Notes: generated by a model not told the origin, from the letters alone. A stretch of 19,547 nucleotides of DNA from Myxococcota bacterium (GCA_040752415.1 JBFMGU010000201.1:1-19547); one strand, 5' to 3'. Positions 9,601 through 17,300 are shown, counted from the stretch's first letter. Numbers and translations are program-made.

Positions 9601-12600
9601 TCGCTGGCCTCGCTGGCGGAGTCCCAGGCCGCGGAGACTCAGGCGGCGCTCGACGCCGCGGAGGCGCGTCTCGACGAGGCTTCCGAGCTCATGCCCCAGC
9701 TGGACGCGTTGCGGCTGGAGCGCGCGGCGCAGGAGGCGGAGCTGGGTTCGCTGCGGCGGGCCCTCACCGAGTTCCAGCAACGTGCCGAGGACCACGCGCG
9801 CGAGACCTTCCTGGCACGTGAGCAGCGTGGTCGCGCGGAGGACGAGCTCTCCCGGCTGCGCGCGCAGCTGGCCACGGTGGAACGCCAGGCCAGCGACAAC
9901 GCGCGGGACCGCGAGGAAGCGCTGCAGCGTGCGCGCGACGTCGAGGCGCTGCTGGGAGAGGACCTGCGGAACGCGGAGCGTGCGCTGGCGGAGCTGCGGG
10001 CCGCGGCCGCGGGCGTCGAGGAGCAGGCGCGCAAGAGCGCCGAGGAAGCCGCGCGTGCCACCGAGCTGGCCGAGCGTGTTGCCACGCTGGAAGCGCAGCT
10101 GGGCCAGGCGCGCACCGAGCTGGAGAGCGAGCAACGGGCCCACGAGGCCGCGCGTCGGGAAGCGGACGCGGCCCGTGATGACGCGGTGGCCACGCGGGAG
10201 AAGCTGCGCCACGCCCAGGCCAGCCACGACGAGCTGCGCGCGGAGAACGCCCGGCTCAAGCAGGAGACCGCGGACTTCCAGCAGCTGCTCGAGATCGCCG
10301 ACGCCGACCTGCAGGCCGTCCGCTCCCAGCTGCAGGCCGCCGCCACCGCCGCCGAGGAGCTGCGCACGCAGCTGGGCGCCAGCCAGGCGCGCGCGGAAGA
10401 GCTCCAACTCGCGCGCGACGCCGCGCTGCAGTCCGCCTCCCAGGAGCAGCAGGAGGCCCTGCGTGGCCTGGAGCAGCGTGCCGCGGAAGCCGAGCGGCTC
10501 CGTCACCAGGCGGCGGAAGAGCATGACAGCGCGCTGCGGGCCCTGCGTGAGCAACTGGAGGAGGCGCTCCGTCGGGAGAACCAGTCCCAGCAGGCCCTGC
10601 GCGACGCCGAGGCCCGGGCCCAGGAAGCCGCGCAGCAGCAGGCGCGCACCGCCGACGAGCTGCGCGAGCAGGTCCGCACGCTGGAGGGCCGCGTGGAGGA
10701 TGCGGGGCGGCAGCTGGAGCGCATGCGCGGCGAGGACGCCAAGGTGGTGGAGGAGCTGCAGGAGGCCCTGCGCGAGGCCGAGCTGCGCGAGCAGGAGGTC
10801 ACCCAGCAGGCGGAGGCTTCACACCAGGAGCACACCCGCGTCGTGGAGGAGCTGCGCAGCCAGGTGCGCGAGGCCCAGGAGCGCGCGTCGCGGACCAGCC
10901 AGGAGCATGCATCCCACCGCGAGGCCCAGCTCGACGAGCTGATGAAGACGCTGGAGGCCGCCGAGCAGCGCGCCCAGGCAGGCCAGGCCGAAGTGCAGCA
11001 TCTCCGTGGCGTCCTGGAGGAAGCGCAGGACCTGGCCCGCGCCCGCTCCGCCGAGCTGGATCACGTGCGCAGCGTGCTCGAGGAAGCGCAGGGGCTCGCG
11101 CAGGCGCGTGGCAACGAGCTGGACCACGTGCGCAGTGTGCTCGAGGAGGCACAGGGGCTGGCCCAGGCGCGTGGCAACGAGCTGGACCACGTGCGCAGTG
11201 TGCTCGAGGAGCTGCAGGCCCTCGCGCAGTCGCGTGGCAATGAGCTGGACCACGTGCGCAGTGTCCTCGAGGAAGTCCAGGAACAGGCGCGCAGCCGCGG
11301 TGCCGAGCTGGACCACGTGCGCAGTGTGCTCGAAGAGGCGCAGGGGTTGGCGCAGTCGCGTGGCAACGAGCTGGACCACGTGCGCAGTGTCCTCGAGGAG
11401 CTGCAGGCCCTCGCGCAGTCCCGTGGCAATGAGCTGGACCACGTGCGCAGTGTCCTCGAGGAGGCGCAGGGACTGGCGCAGTCGCGTGGCAACGAGCTGG
11501 ACCACGTGCGCAGTGTCCTCGAGGAGGCGCAGCGGCAGGCCTACGCGCAAGGCAGCCAGCTGGAGCACGTCACCAGCGTGTTGGAGGAGGCCCGGGCGGA
11601 GTCGGCGCGGGAGCGTTTCCGTGCCGCGGAGCTCACCGTGGCCGAGTCGCGGTTGCGTGAGACGCTCAATGGGCTGCGCATCCAGCTGGGCGACGCGGAG
11701 GAGCGCGCGCGCAACGCGGAGTCGCGGCTTTCCCGGTTGGACGCGGGCATCAAGGAGGTGGAACGCGCGTTCGAGCAGCAGCTGGCCGCGCGCCCCGACC
11801 CCGAGGAGCACGAGGCCCTGCGCGTCTCCCTGGAAGAGACCCTGCGTCAGCTCGCCGCCGCCATGGACCAGCACGCGCGGCAGGCGCGGGACGCCGTGGA
11901 GCAGCGTCAACGCCTGGACGAGGAGCTCGCCGGCGCCCGCGCGCAGTCGCAGGAGCTGCAGGAACGTCTGGCTGCACAGGCTCGCGCCGCAACCGAAGCA
12001 CGGTCCCAACTGGAAGCCGCGCAGCAGCGCGTGGCCCAGCTGGAGGCGACCAGCCAGGACACGGAGGCCGAAGCGGCAAAGCAGCGCGGCGGGTTGCAGG
12101 ACCGCGTGGCGGAGCTGGAGCGGGAACGGTCACAGCAGGAGGCGCTGGCGGCGTCGCTGGTGGAGGTGGCGGACCACGCCAACGCGCACATCGCCACGCT
12201 GGAGAAGACGCGCGCCGAGATGGAGGACCGCGTCACCGCGCTGGAGCGCTCCGTTGCCGACGCAGCCCAGCGCCAGCAGAAGCTGCTTGAGCGCAACGAG
12301 GAACTGCAGCAGCAGCTCAATGACGCGCGCATGGACCTGCGTGCCCGCGAGATGGAGGTGGAGAAGCTGCGCGAGACCGCGTCTGCGCCCGCGCCGGCTG
12401 CCGCCGCGTCCACCGCGGGCCCAGGGGTTGGCGCGCTCGACGCCATGGCCAAGGAGCTGCGCCAGCGGGACAGCCAGCTCGTGGCCATGCGCTCCGAGTT
12501 GAAGGCGATGTCGGAACAGGTCTCCCGTCTGCGCGTGGAGCTGGCGCACCGCGACGCCCCCGTGGGCCCGCCCCCCGACGCCGACCTGGTGGCGCTGCGT

Positions 12601-12918
12601 CAACGTGCGGAAGCCGCGGACCGCGCGTGGGCGGAAGCCGCCGACCTGCGCAAGGAGCTGGACCAGGCGCGCGCCACGCTGGAAGCCTCCGTGCGCGAGC
12701 TGGAGCAGGCACGTCAGAAGCTGGAGGCCGCTCCCGTGGCCGTGGTGGCACCCGCGCCCGCCGACGCGCCCGCGCCCGAGCAGTCCGCGCACGTGGCCGA
12801 GCTGGAGCGCCAGGTGGCGGAGCTCAAGGACAAGGTCGAGCGCCAGACGCGCGAGATCAAGGACAAGACCGAGCGCATCACCCGCCTCACCAGCCGGCTG
12901 TCCGAGACGCGCCCCTGA
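6625..12918 (+). CDS. Giant coiled-coil protein with an N-terminal class I SAM-methyltransferase-like domain (2097 aa; GTG 6619 is an alternative start)
   Basis: The first ~230 aa carry RVLVVQCGDG, VVGVDTNEDVIARAR, IPADDGAFDVI and EYARILSGNG. The remainder is E/A/R/L/Q-rich heptad sequence with very few prolines until the C-terminal hinges. Strong G/C bias at third codon positions in this frame. Confidence 0.9.
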   Translation: MERLYQPAVSLSEVLPRLLFLEPALSGRRVLVVQCGDGEVVQFLADMDVSRVVGVDTNEDVIARARHTIRHKKVDLRSHKDGRIPADDGAFDVILDFTLPQTLARESWRLTEYARILSGNGFMLTALPNPEGAGLVSLLGATDGGGGVGYSEMVSALSGAFPQVAIYGQSPLLGFSFMSFNVDPDEVAVGLDTALMGERPEVVAYYLLVAGAEIPSPDELTLVQLPFNDLARLIQGRMEGLRREAEELRTRTVDELTRTRRALAERERALQVIAERLPRLRDEILVQAEAAEAAQTGREELVRRVDALGVELRERESAISSLRGELDGERRRIQALQEELQTRTREQSAGRAEADEIRSQLGALRADLELARLAQQIAEEKGKGLQEQLERTRAELERAEAAVARLQNEREQARQQLESAQETRLKLVAEMGDLQRARDEAHSRADQAAHQLQNAREELETARANSAQAERELIKLRQELTDSNASIAQQLTVLAKANADAQQLRAELDALQAGVREKDARVQDLESQLAEREARLQDVGEQLKAAEARAEVLAEQVKLDSEGKLQHALEETERLRQQVAEAAQVRDDAQRALVEVVEERHGLQQALVDAGERQNTLMQAMRDMEIRVAQAESGRLELHTRLAPLTHEVEEARAKAAEAQQRFQSLRETLMERNRELGQLKELLAAREQELTGARMALEDAQRHLEDAESARAAAESELSRIRADARSRESAVAMLEEDVARRSEGLAVMTARLAEAESALASIVEELRGEKDGHARTRDEVTQLNGLLEEADRLMRAEKAGAQEQLAALERATRELESARAELAATSERLTATKDALTAAQGDRDAALAAVIGMDQQAGELRGRVKELEQELAAQRTAQDERAREIASLQEQLRNVQGRAEEAGALEERIASADAALKAAEDRAAALQREVEELRAAQKVAEELRGSVEGEAGALRTRISELEAALKAAGEAADAEREAARRAQEEVEKARSLASLAESQAAETQAALDAAEARLDEASELMPQLDALRLERAAQEAELGSLRRALTEFQQRAEDHARETFLAREQRGRAEDELSRLRAQLATVERQASDNARDREEALQRARDVEALLGEDLRNAERALAELRAAAAGVEEQARKSAEEAARATELAERVATLEAQLGQARTELESEQRAHEAARREADAARDDAVATREKLRHAQASHDELRAENARLKQETADFQQLLEIADADLQAVRSQLQAAATAAEELRTQLGASQARAEELQLARDAALQSASQEQQEALRGLEQRAAEAERLRHQAAEEHDSALRALREQLEEALRRENQSQQALRDAEARAQEAAQQQARTADELREQVRTLEGRVEDAGRQLERMRGEDAKVVEELQEALREAELREQEVTQQAEASHQEHTRVVEELRSQVREAQERASRTSQEHASHREAQLDELMKTLEAAEQRAQAGQAEVQHLRGVLEEAQDLARARSAELDHVRSVLEEAQGLAQARGNELDHVRSVLEEAQGLAQARGNELDHVRSVLEELQALAQSRGNELDHVRSVLEEVQEQARSRGAELDHVRSVLEEAQGLAQSRGNELDHVRSVLEELQALAQSRGNELDHVRSVLEEAQGLAQSRGNELDHVRSVLEEAQRQAYAQGSQLEHVTSVLEEARAESARERFRAAELTVAESRLRETLNGLRIQLGDAEERARNAESRLSRLDAGIKEVERAFEQQLAARPDPEEHEALRVSLEETLRQLAAAMDQHARQARDAVEQRQRLDEELAGARAQSQELQERLAAQARAATEARSQLEAAQQRVAQLEATSQDTEAEAAKQRGGLQDRVAELERERSQQEALAASLVEVADHANAHIATLEKTRAEMEDRVTALERSVADAAQRQQKLLERNEELQQQLNDARMDLRAREMEVEKLRETASAPAPAAAASTAGPGVGALDAMAKELRQRDSQLVAMRSELKAMSEQVSRLRVELAHRDAPVGPPPDADLVALRQRAEAADRAWAEAADLRKELDQARATLEASVRELEQARQKLEAAPVAVVAPAPADAPAPEQSAHVAELERQVAELKDKVERQTREIKDKTERITRLTSRLSETRP
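10990..11589 (+). repeat. Intragenic 63-bp (21-aa) tandem repeat: 8 core copies plus 2 degenerate flanking copies
   Basis: ELDHVRSVLEE begins at 11053, 11116, 11179, 11242, 11305, 11368, 11431 and 11494. Degenerate copies EVQHLRGVLEE (10990) and QLEHVTSVLEE (11557) lie in the same 63-nt register. Confidence 0.97.
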
Positions 12919-13002
12919 GTCGCACCGACGTGAATCGGGCGAGTCCCGCGCCACACCGGCCACGGTGACGTGTCCTTCGCGTCCATTCCGGTGGATTAGG
13001 AT

Positions 13003-13434
13003 TCAACTGACGGAAGCGCGGGAGAGCGTGACGCGCATGAGCGGCAGCAGCTGTTGAAGCTGGGCGCGCGTGGGCGCTGAAGCTCCCTCCAACAACCGGT
13101 CCATGGCGGCGTCGAGCTGACCGAACGGCTCCACATCGCGCGGGGCGCCGGGCGCGGTGTCCGCGTGGCCAAGGAGCAGGGCCAGGGTTGGCGCGTTGGC
13201 CACACAGATGATCCGGTCAAAGAGGTTCGCCGTCCAACGGTGGATGTGGGCCAGCTCCGCGCCGACGTCGGGCTCCACCGTGGCGCCCCAGACCACCAGC
13301 AGGCGCCCCCTCCCGGCGTGGCGCTCGCGGATGGGCGCCGTGCGCTGGAAGGCCACGGTCAGGTCCGACGTGGTGACCGGCCCCTCGGCAATCCACACTG
13401 CCAGGTTGTCATGGAGCGTCACTGTGACAGGCAT
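13003..13434 (-). CDS. Small hypothetical protein, possibly STAS/SEC14 (SpoIIAA-like) fold (143 aa)
   Basis: GGGAAG before the ATG. The pattern EGPVTTSDL ... LLVVW ... RIICVA ... PFGQLDAAMDRL resembles SpoIIAA-like proteins. Convergent with the giant gene. Confidence 0.6.
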   Translation of the reverse strand: MPVTVTLHDNLAVWIAEGPVTTSDLTVAFQRTAPIRERHAGRGRLLVVWGATVEPDVGAELAHIHRWTANLFDRIICVANAPTLALLLGHADTAPGAPRDVEPFGQLDAAMDRLLEGASAPTRAQLQQLLPLMRVTLSRASVS

Positions 13435-13496
13435 GGTCTTCCCGGCGGGCCAGGTCGGCTGGAGGCGTGAGACAGGGTCGAGGCCATAGGCAAGGA

Positions 13497-13522
13497 ACGC
13501 ATCTTAGCCGAGGTTTGTTTCC
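13497..13522 (-). promoter_or_regulatory. Possible promoter for the 13434 gene
   Basis: Minus-strand TAAGAT (13506-13501) is a good -10 with no clear -35. Alternatively GGAAAC-N17-CGTT resembles an ECF-sigma promoter. Confidence 0.3.
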
Positions 13523-13601
13523 GAGTCCCGAAGGCGTGGGCAATGGAGCCTTCCACCGGCGACACGACGGGCGCAGCGTGCCAACGAAGCGCTCTGAGAC
13601 C

Positions 13602-14327
13602 TCAAGAGCCGGGCAGCGGACGCCCTTGCGGGAAGTACTGGCTGTCCAGCTCCTCGGGGTCCAACTCCAGGGAGCGGGCCAGCTCGACGTTGTGTTGCTG
13701 CACCACCGCCACGTACGTCTCGTGGGACGGCGCTGGAACCAGCCAGGACACCGCGAGGCTGACCGGCGAACACACCACGCTGGTCGCCAACGCCGCCGCA
13801 AACACCACGACGACAGCTCCCAACACGCCCACCACCGCGCTCACGCCCAGAGCGGTCAACGCTCCGAGGACGTTCCTGGAGCCGGCAAGGGCCACGGTGG
13901 CTCCCACCACGCCAACCACGGCCCACATGGCCAGCCACGCCGTGGGCGGCGCGAAGAACGTTGTCGCGGTCAACACCAGGAGGCCTCTCTGCACCCGCGC
14001 CTTGGTGGCCGCGACCGCGAAGCTACGGCTCGCCTCGCCATCCGTGGCGCTGGCCAAGGCGGAGAGGGAGATCTCCTGGTCCTCTCCGTCGGTGACCAGG
14101 CCATAGAACACCGGCGTTCCGCCTTTCGGCGCAAACGGCCGCGGCGTCATGCTCACCGGCGTGTACCGCCAGGCGCGTCGCCGGAAATCCATGAGCCGAT
14201 CTTCGCGGCTCTTCGTCGAGGCGGGCGGGGCAGTGGGTTGCTCCGTCATCAGACCCTGAGGTGCGCTGGAGCCGCCCTCGGCGTGGGGAAGGATGACCAA
14301 CAGGGCAACCAGCAGCGCCGGTGTCAT
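13602..14327 (-). CDS. Exported/membrane hypothetical protein (241 aa), paralogue of the C-terminal domain of the upstream gene
   Basis: Signal-peptide-like start MTPALLVALLVILPHAEG; ~80-aa hydrophobic region; C-terminal HNVELARSLELDPEELDSQYFP. The ATG overlaps the upstream TGA (ATGA, 14327-14324). Confidence 0.78.
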   Translation of the reverse strand: MTPALLVALLVILPHAEGGSSAPQGLMTEQPTAPPASTKSREDRLMDFRRRAWRYTPVSMTPRPFAPKGGTPVFYGLVTDGEDQEISLSALASATDGEASRSFAVAATKARVQRGLLVLTATTFFAPPTAWLAMWAVVGVVGATVALAGSRNVLGALTALGVSAVVGVLGAVVVVFAAALATSVVCSPVSLAVSWLVPAPSHETYVAVVQQHNVELARSLELDPEELDSQYFPQGRPLPGS

Positions 14328-15904
14328 CGTGGCTCCGCGGGCGGCGGGAAGTACTCCTCGTTCATTCCCAGGGGGTCCAAACCCAGCTCACTGGCCAGTG
14401 CCAGGTTGTGGTGGGTGGCAATGTCGTTGAGGGTCTGCTCGGGAATGGACGGCGTGGTCATGCGCAGGAACTGGAACAGCACCGCCAGCGCCGCCGCGGG
14501 TGGGAGGGCAAGAACCGTTGCAACGAGAGCCATGGCCACGAAACCCGCCACGCCTCCAATCACGACGCCTACCACCGCCGGGATGATGGCGGCCCCGCCG
14601 GAAGCGCCCCCGCCGCCAATTCCAAATCCTGCCAGGCCGCCCAGAATTGCTCCCGGCGGCACGCCCGCAGCGGCCACCGCAAGATAGAATCCCGCGAGGA
14701 TCCGAAGTCCCAGGTTGGAGGCCCACAGGCCACGTTCCGCCCGCACGGCGCGACCGACGACGTCCTCGTGCTGCGGGGGAACGGTCAGGTTGCCCATGTC
14801 CACGGCGGTCAGGACCTGGCTCGATGCATTCATGAGCACCACCTTGTTTTCACGCGAGCGCGACGTGTGGACTCCATAGCGGCCATTGTTGGTCGTGGTG
14901 GTGGTGACAACGCTGATGTTCTCCACGCGCACCGCACGCTTCTGGAACGCGGCCAGCTTGTCCGGGGTGCTCTCGCCGTGCAGGCGCATCACCACACGTT
15001 CGCTGCGTCCCACCGTGTGCACCTCACCCTGCGCGTTGAACGACGTGAACGTGGCCGTCACGACGTCGCTCCCCGGAGCAACACCCAACTCGGCCACGAC
15101 GGTCCATCCGCACCCCTCTCCGGCGGCGAGCCGACCGATGTCGAGCGCGCCCTTGCCTTCCAGGACGCGTCCGTCGGTGAAACGCGCAATGCTCGCGGCG
15201 GCGTGGTGACGCTGCACGCGTTCCGCCATGCGGTCCTCAAGCTCCTTGACCACCGTCGCAAGCTCCGTCGGACCGGTGGCCACCACGCCTACCTTCACCG
15301 GCTTGGCTGGTCCGCCGTCCATCAGGAAGTCGACGGGGATGGCGGTGGTGCGGACGACGTTCCGCCAGGCAACCTCACCATTGACCGGCGCCAGCTTTCG
15401 CACGCGGTCCCGGAACTGGGCGGCGGTATGAACCGTGAGCGCTTCGGGAACCTGCGTACGCTTGATCTCTCCGCCCTTGGCGTCCAGCAGGATGAGCTCG
15501 ACGGTGGGAGCCTGCCCCGTGAGCTGGACGATCACCGCGAAGTCTGCGCCAGCATCACGGGCGGCGTTGGCCACGGACTGGTCGCTGGCATCCGGTGCGA
15601 GCCCCTTCAGCTTCACCACGTCGCCAACGGTTCCTCCGGACGCGTCAAGCTGGAGGAAGACACCTTCCTGCAGGGACTCCGCAAGCCAGGGAGTCGGGGC
15701 GCGTCCGGCGATGGCGTAGTCCTGTCTGCCGAGCCGGATACCGCCGGGGCGGATGAACGACTTCATCGGCAACTTGTCGGGCCGATAGACCAGCGTCAAA
15801 TCCAGGTCCACCGGTTCCTGCTGGGTGCCGTGAGCCACCTCCGGGACCACCGTGAGCGCAACACACAACAACCCGCAACGCATGGCAGCAGCACGCAACC
15901 GCAT
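14324..15904 (-). CDS. Exported/membrane hypothetical protein (526 aa) with two alpha/beta modules and a Gly/Ala-rich hydrophobic C-terminal domain
   Basis: ATG 15904 with GGAGG 7 nt upstream; signal-peptide-like N-terminus ending AHG; long hydrophobic Gly-rich region; C-terminal HNLALASELGLDPLGMNEEYFP. Confidence 0.8.
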   Translation of the reverse strand: MRLRAAAMRCGLLCVALTVVPEVAHGTQQEPVDLDLTLVYRPDKLPMKSFIRPGGIRLGRQDYAIAGRAPTPWLAESLQEGVFLQLDASGGTVGDVVKLKGLAPDASDQSVANAARDAGADFAVIVQLTGQAPTVELILLDAKGGEIKRTQVPEALTVHTAAQFRDRVRKLAPVNGEVAWRNVVRTTAIPVDFLMDGGPAKPVKVGVVATGPTELATVVKELEDRMAERVQRHHAAASIARFTDGRVLEGKGALDIGRLAAGEGCGWTVVAELGVAPGSDVVTATFTSFNAQGEVHTVGRSERVVMRLHGESTPDKLAAFQKRAVRVENISVVTTTTTNNGRYGVHTSRSRENKVVLMNASSQVLTAVDMGNLTVPPQHEDVVGRAVRAERGLWASNLGLRILAGFYLAVAAAGVPPGAILGGLAGFGIGGGGASGGAAIIPAVVGVVIGGVAGFVAMALVATVLALPPAAALAVLFQFLRMTTPSIPEQTLNDIATHHNLALASELGLDPLGMNEEYFPPPAEPR

Positions 15905-15953
15905 GTCAGAGCCTCCGATGATGTCAGACCTTCGTGAACCCCGAAGACACATT

Positions 15954-15969
15954 CGTCATCACGATGACG
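15954..15969. promoter_or_regulatory. Palindromic candidate operator upstream of the paralogue pair
   Basis: CGTCATC-AC-GATGACG, a perfect 7-2-7 inverted repeat 50 nt upstream of ATG 15904. Confidence 0.35.
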
Positions 15970-16125
15970 GCCATGGGCTCCCCCCTTGCCGACGCTGTGG
16001 AACGGTCGGCCACGTCCGGTGAAGGTGTCAAGCGCCAGGCGCCAGCAGGATACGCGAATGCCAGGCTAAGTTCACAGCAGGTTCCATGAGCGCAGCGTGA
16101 TGGTTGCGCTGGCTTCCGCGTCAGG

Positions 16126-16710
16126 TCACGGGCACGTCACAGCGTCGAAGGTTCCACCCAGCGGAGTGAATCCTCCGTCGGCATCCCGCAGCGTGGTGGT
16201 GAAGCATCCCGTCACCCGCGACGCCTCGGCCGTGGTCAGCGTGATGGCGCCGGAAACGGACCCCGCGGTGTTGGCCGTCCCCATCCAGACTCCCGCGTCG
16301 TCGAAACCGAGGCCTACCGCGTGCCAGATGTATCGCGGGTTGGTGTGGTCGCCGGAGAACTCGTACGTGCCGGGTCCCACGGGTCCTTCGTCGCCGTAGC
16401 CGAGCCCGATGCGGATGCTGCGAAAGCCCGCGGCGTAGAAGCTCGAGCAGAGGTCCGCTCCGTCGCGGTCATAGAGCGCAACCCACGCCAGGCTGGGCTC
16501 GAGGATGGCGCGCCGCACCTGGAACGCGAGTGGACCTGTCAACGTGTTGGGATTTCCTTCGCACGGGGCGCCGCCGGAGGAGCTGCTGCTGCTCGAGAGG
16601 CTTCCGCCCGAGGAACTGCTTGCGGAGGACTCCAGCGTCTCAACGACGAAGTAGCTCTCACACGCAGCGAAGAGCGGAAGGAGCAGGAGCAAACGCGCGC
16701 GGTGATGCAT
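16126..16710 (-). CDS. Putative lipoprotein with Ser/Gly linker and Cys-containing beta-rich domain (194 aa)
   Basis: GAGG SD; lipobox FAA-C; SSASSSSGGSLSSSSSSSGG linker; four further Cys; C-terminal SGAITLT...VTGCF...GGTFDAVTCP. Confidence 0.78.
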   Translation of the reverse strand: MHHRARLLLLLPLFAACESYFVVETLESSASSSSGGSLSSSSSSSGGAPCEGNPNTLTGPLAFQVRRAILEPSLAWVALYDRDGADLCSSFYAAGFRSIRIGLGYGDEGPVGPGTYEFSGDHTNPRYIWHAVGLGFDDAGVWMGTANTAGSVSGAITLTTAEASRVTGCFTTTLRDADGGFTPLGGTFDAVTCP

Positions 16711-16791
16711 GGTGCCTCAGGCGTGCCTGAACGGGTGGCCGCCAGTCCCGACGGCGCGATACTGCCATGCGCCCCACGCGTGCCAATCCGT

Positions 16792-17193
16792 TCATCCCTT
16801 GTTCTTCTCGTCCCACACCATGGGCTCCCAGAGCTCCACCTTGTTGCCGTCGGGATCCATGACCCACGCAAACTTCCCGTTCTCATGCGACTCCGGGCCC
16901 TTGAGGATCTCCACCCCGTTGGCGCGCAGGCGGGCCACCATCCCGTCCATGTCGTCCACGCGGTAGTTGATCATGAACCCCGCCGTGCTGGGACCGAACC
17001 AGTCCGACGTGGGCTCCGCGGTATGCCAGACGGTGACGCCCTTGTCCCCAGCTTTGTCGTCGGGCCACTTCAGGAGCGCGCCACCCCATTCCTCGAACGC
17101 AAGGCCGAGGTTGTCCGCGTACCAGGCCGCAAGCCGCTTGGCGTCCTGGGTTGACTTGATGAACACGCCGCCAATGCCTGTCACTCTTGCCAT
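16792..17193 (-). CDS. VOC family protein (glyoxalase/bleomycin-resistance/dioxygenase; 133 aa)
   Basis: [33 protein letters not shown] and [25 protein letters not shown]. Confidence 0.93.
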   Translation of the reverse strand: MARVTGIGGVFIKSTQDAKRLAAWYADNLGLAFEEWGGALLKWPDDKAGDKGVTVWHTAEPTSDWFGPSTAGFMINYRVDDMDGMVARLRANGVEILKGPESHENGKFAWVMDPDGNKVELWEPMVWDEKNKG

Positions 17194-17222
17194 GTGGACC
17201 TCGTCGTGGGTTTCCGCGCGTG

Positions 17223-17251
17223 AGGCTCGGGGGTGGACGGCCAGGTGTCAA
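17223..17251 (-). promoter_or_regulatory. Putative sigma-70-type promoter of the VOC gene
   Basis: TTGACA (17251-17246) - N17 - GAGCCT (17228-17223), about 30 nt upstream of the ATG. Confidence 0.4.
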
Positions 17252-17284
17252 CCCGCGGAACGCGAACAACTCCGTCGCAAACGC

Positions 17285-17293
17285 TGCTATCTT
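17285..17293 (+). promoter_or_regulatory. Putative extended -10 promoter, probably leaderless, for the 17301 gene
   Basis: TGC-TATCTT (TGn + -10 hexamer) followed by 7 nt and the ATG; no SD. Confidence 0.5.
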
Positions 17294-17300
17294 CCGGCCC

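Noticed and set aside
6592..10554. 1320-aa minus-strand ORF and other long ORFs overlapping the giant gene
   Set aside because: Antisense or off-frame shadows caused by high GC and biased codons; no recognisable domains.
11053..11556. CRISPR-like pattern: a ~32-nt conserved block alternating with ~31-nt variable blocks
   Set aside because: The 'spacers' are homologous to each other, the period is exactly 63 nt and in frame, variation in the conserved block is synonymous, and there are no cas genes or leader. It is a coding repeat.
6625..12918. SMC/SbcC or phage tape-measure call for the giant protein
   Set aside because: No Walker A/B or ABC signature motifs, no hinge or CxxC hook, no phage genes nearby, and the head is methyltransferase-like.
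14321..15937. 538-aa plus-strand ORF
   Set aside because: Mirror of the minus-strand gene, which has an SD, a signal peptide and homology to its neighbour.
16003..16031. Perfect TTGACA on the minus strand upstream of the paralogue pair
   Set aside because: No acceptable -10 hexamer at 16-18 nt spacing.
16771..16786. Possible sigma-54 promoter TTGGCACG...GGGC (minus) upstream of the 16710 lipoprotein gene
   Set aside because: The -24 element and GG-N10-GC spacing fit, but the -12 lacks TTGC; too weak in high-GC DNA to call.
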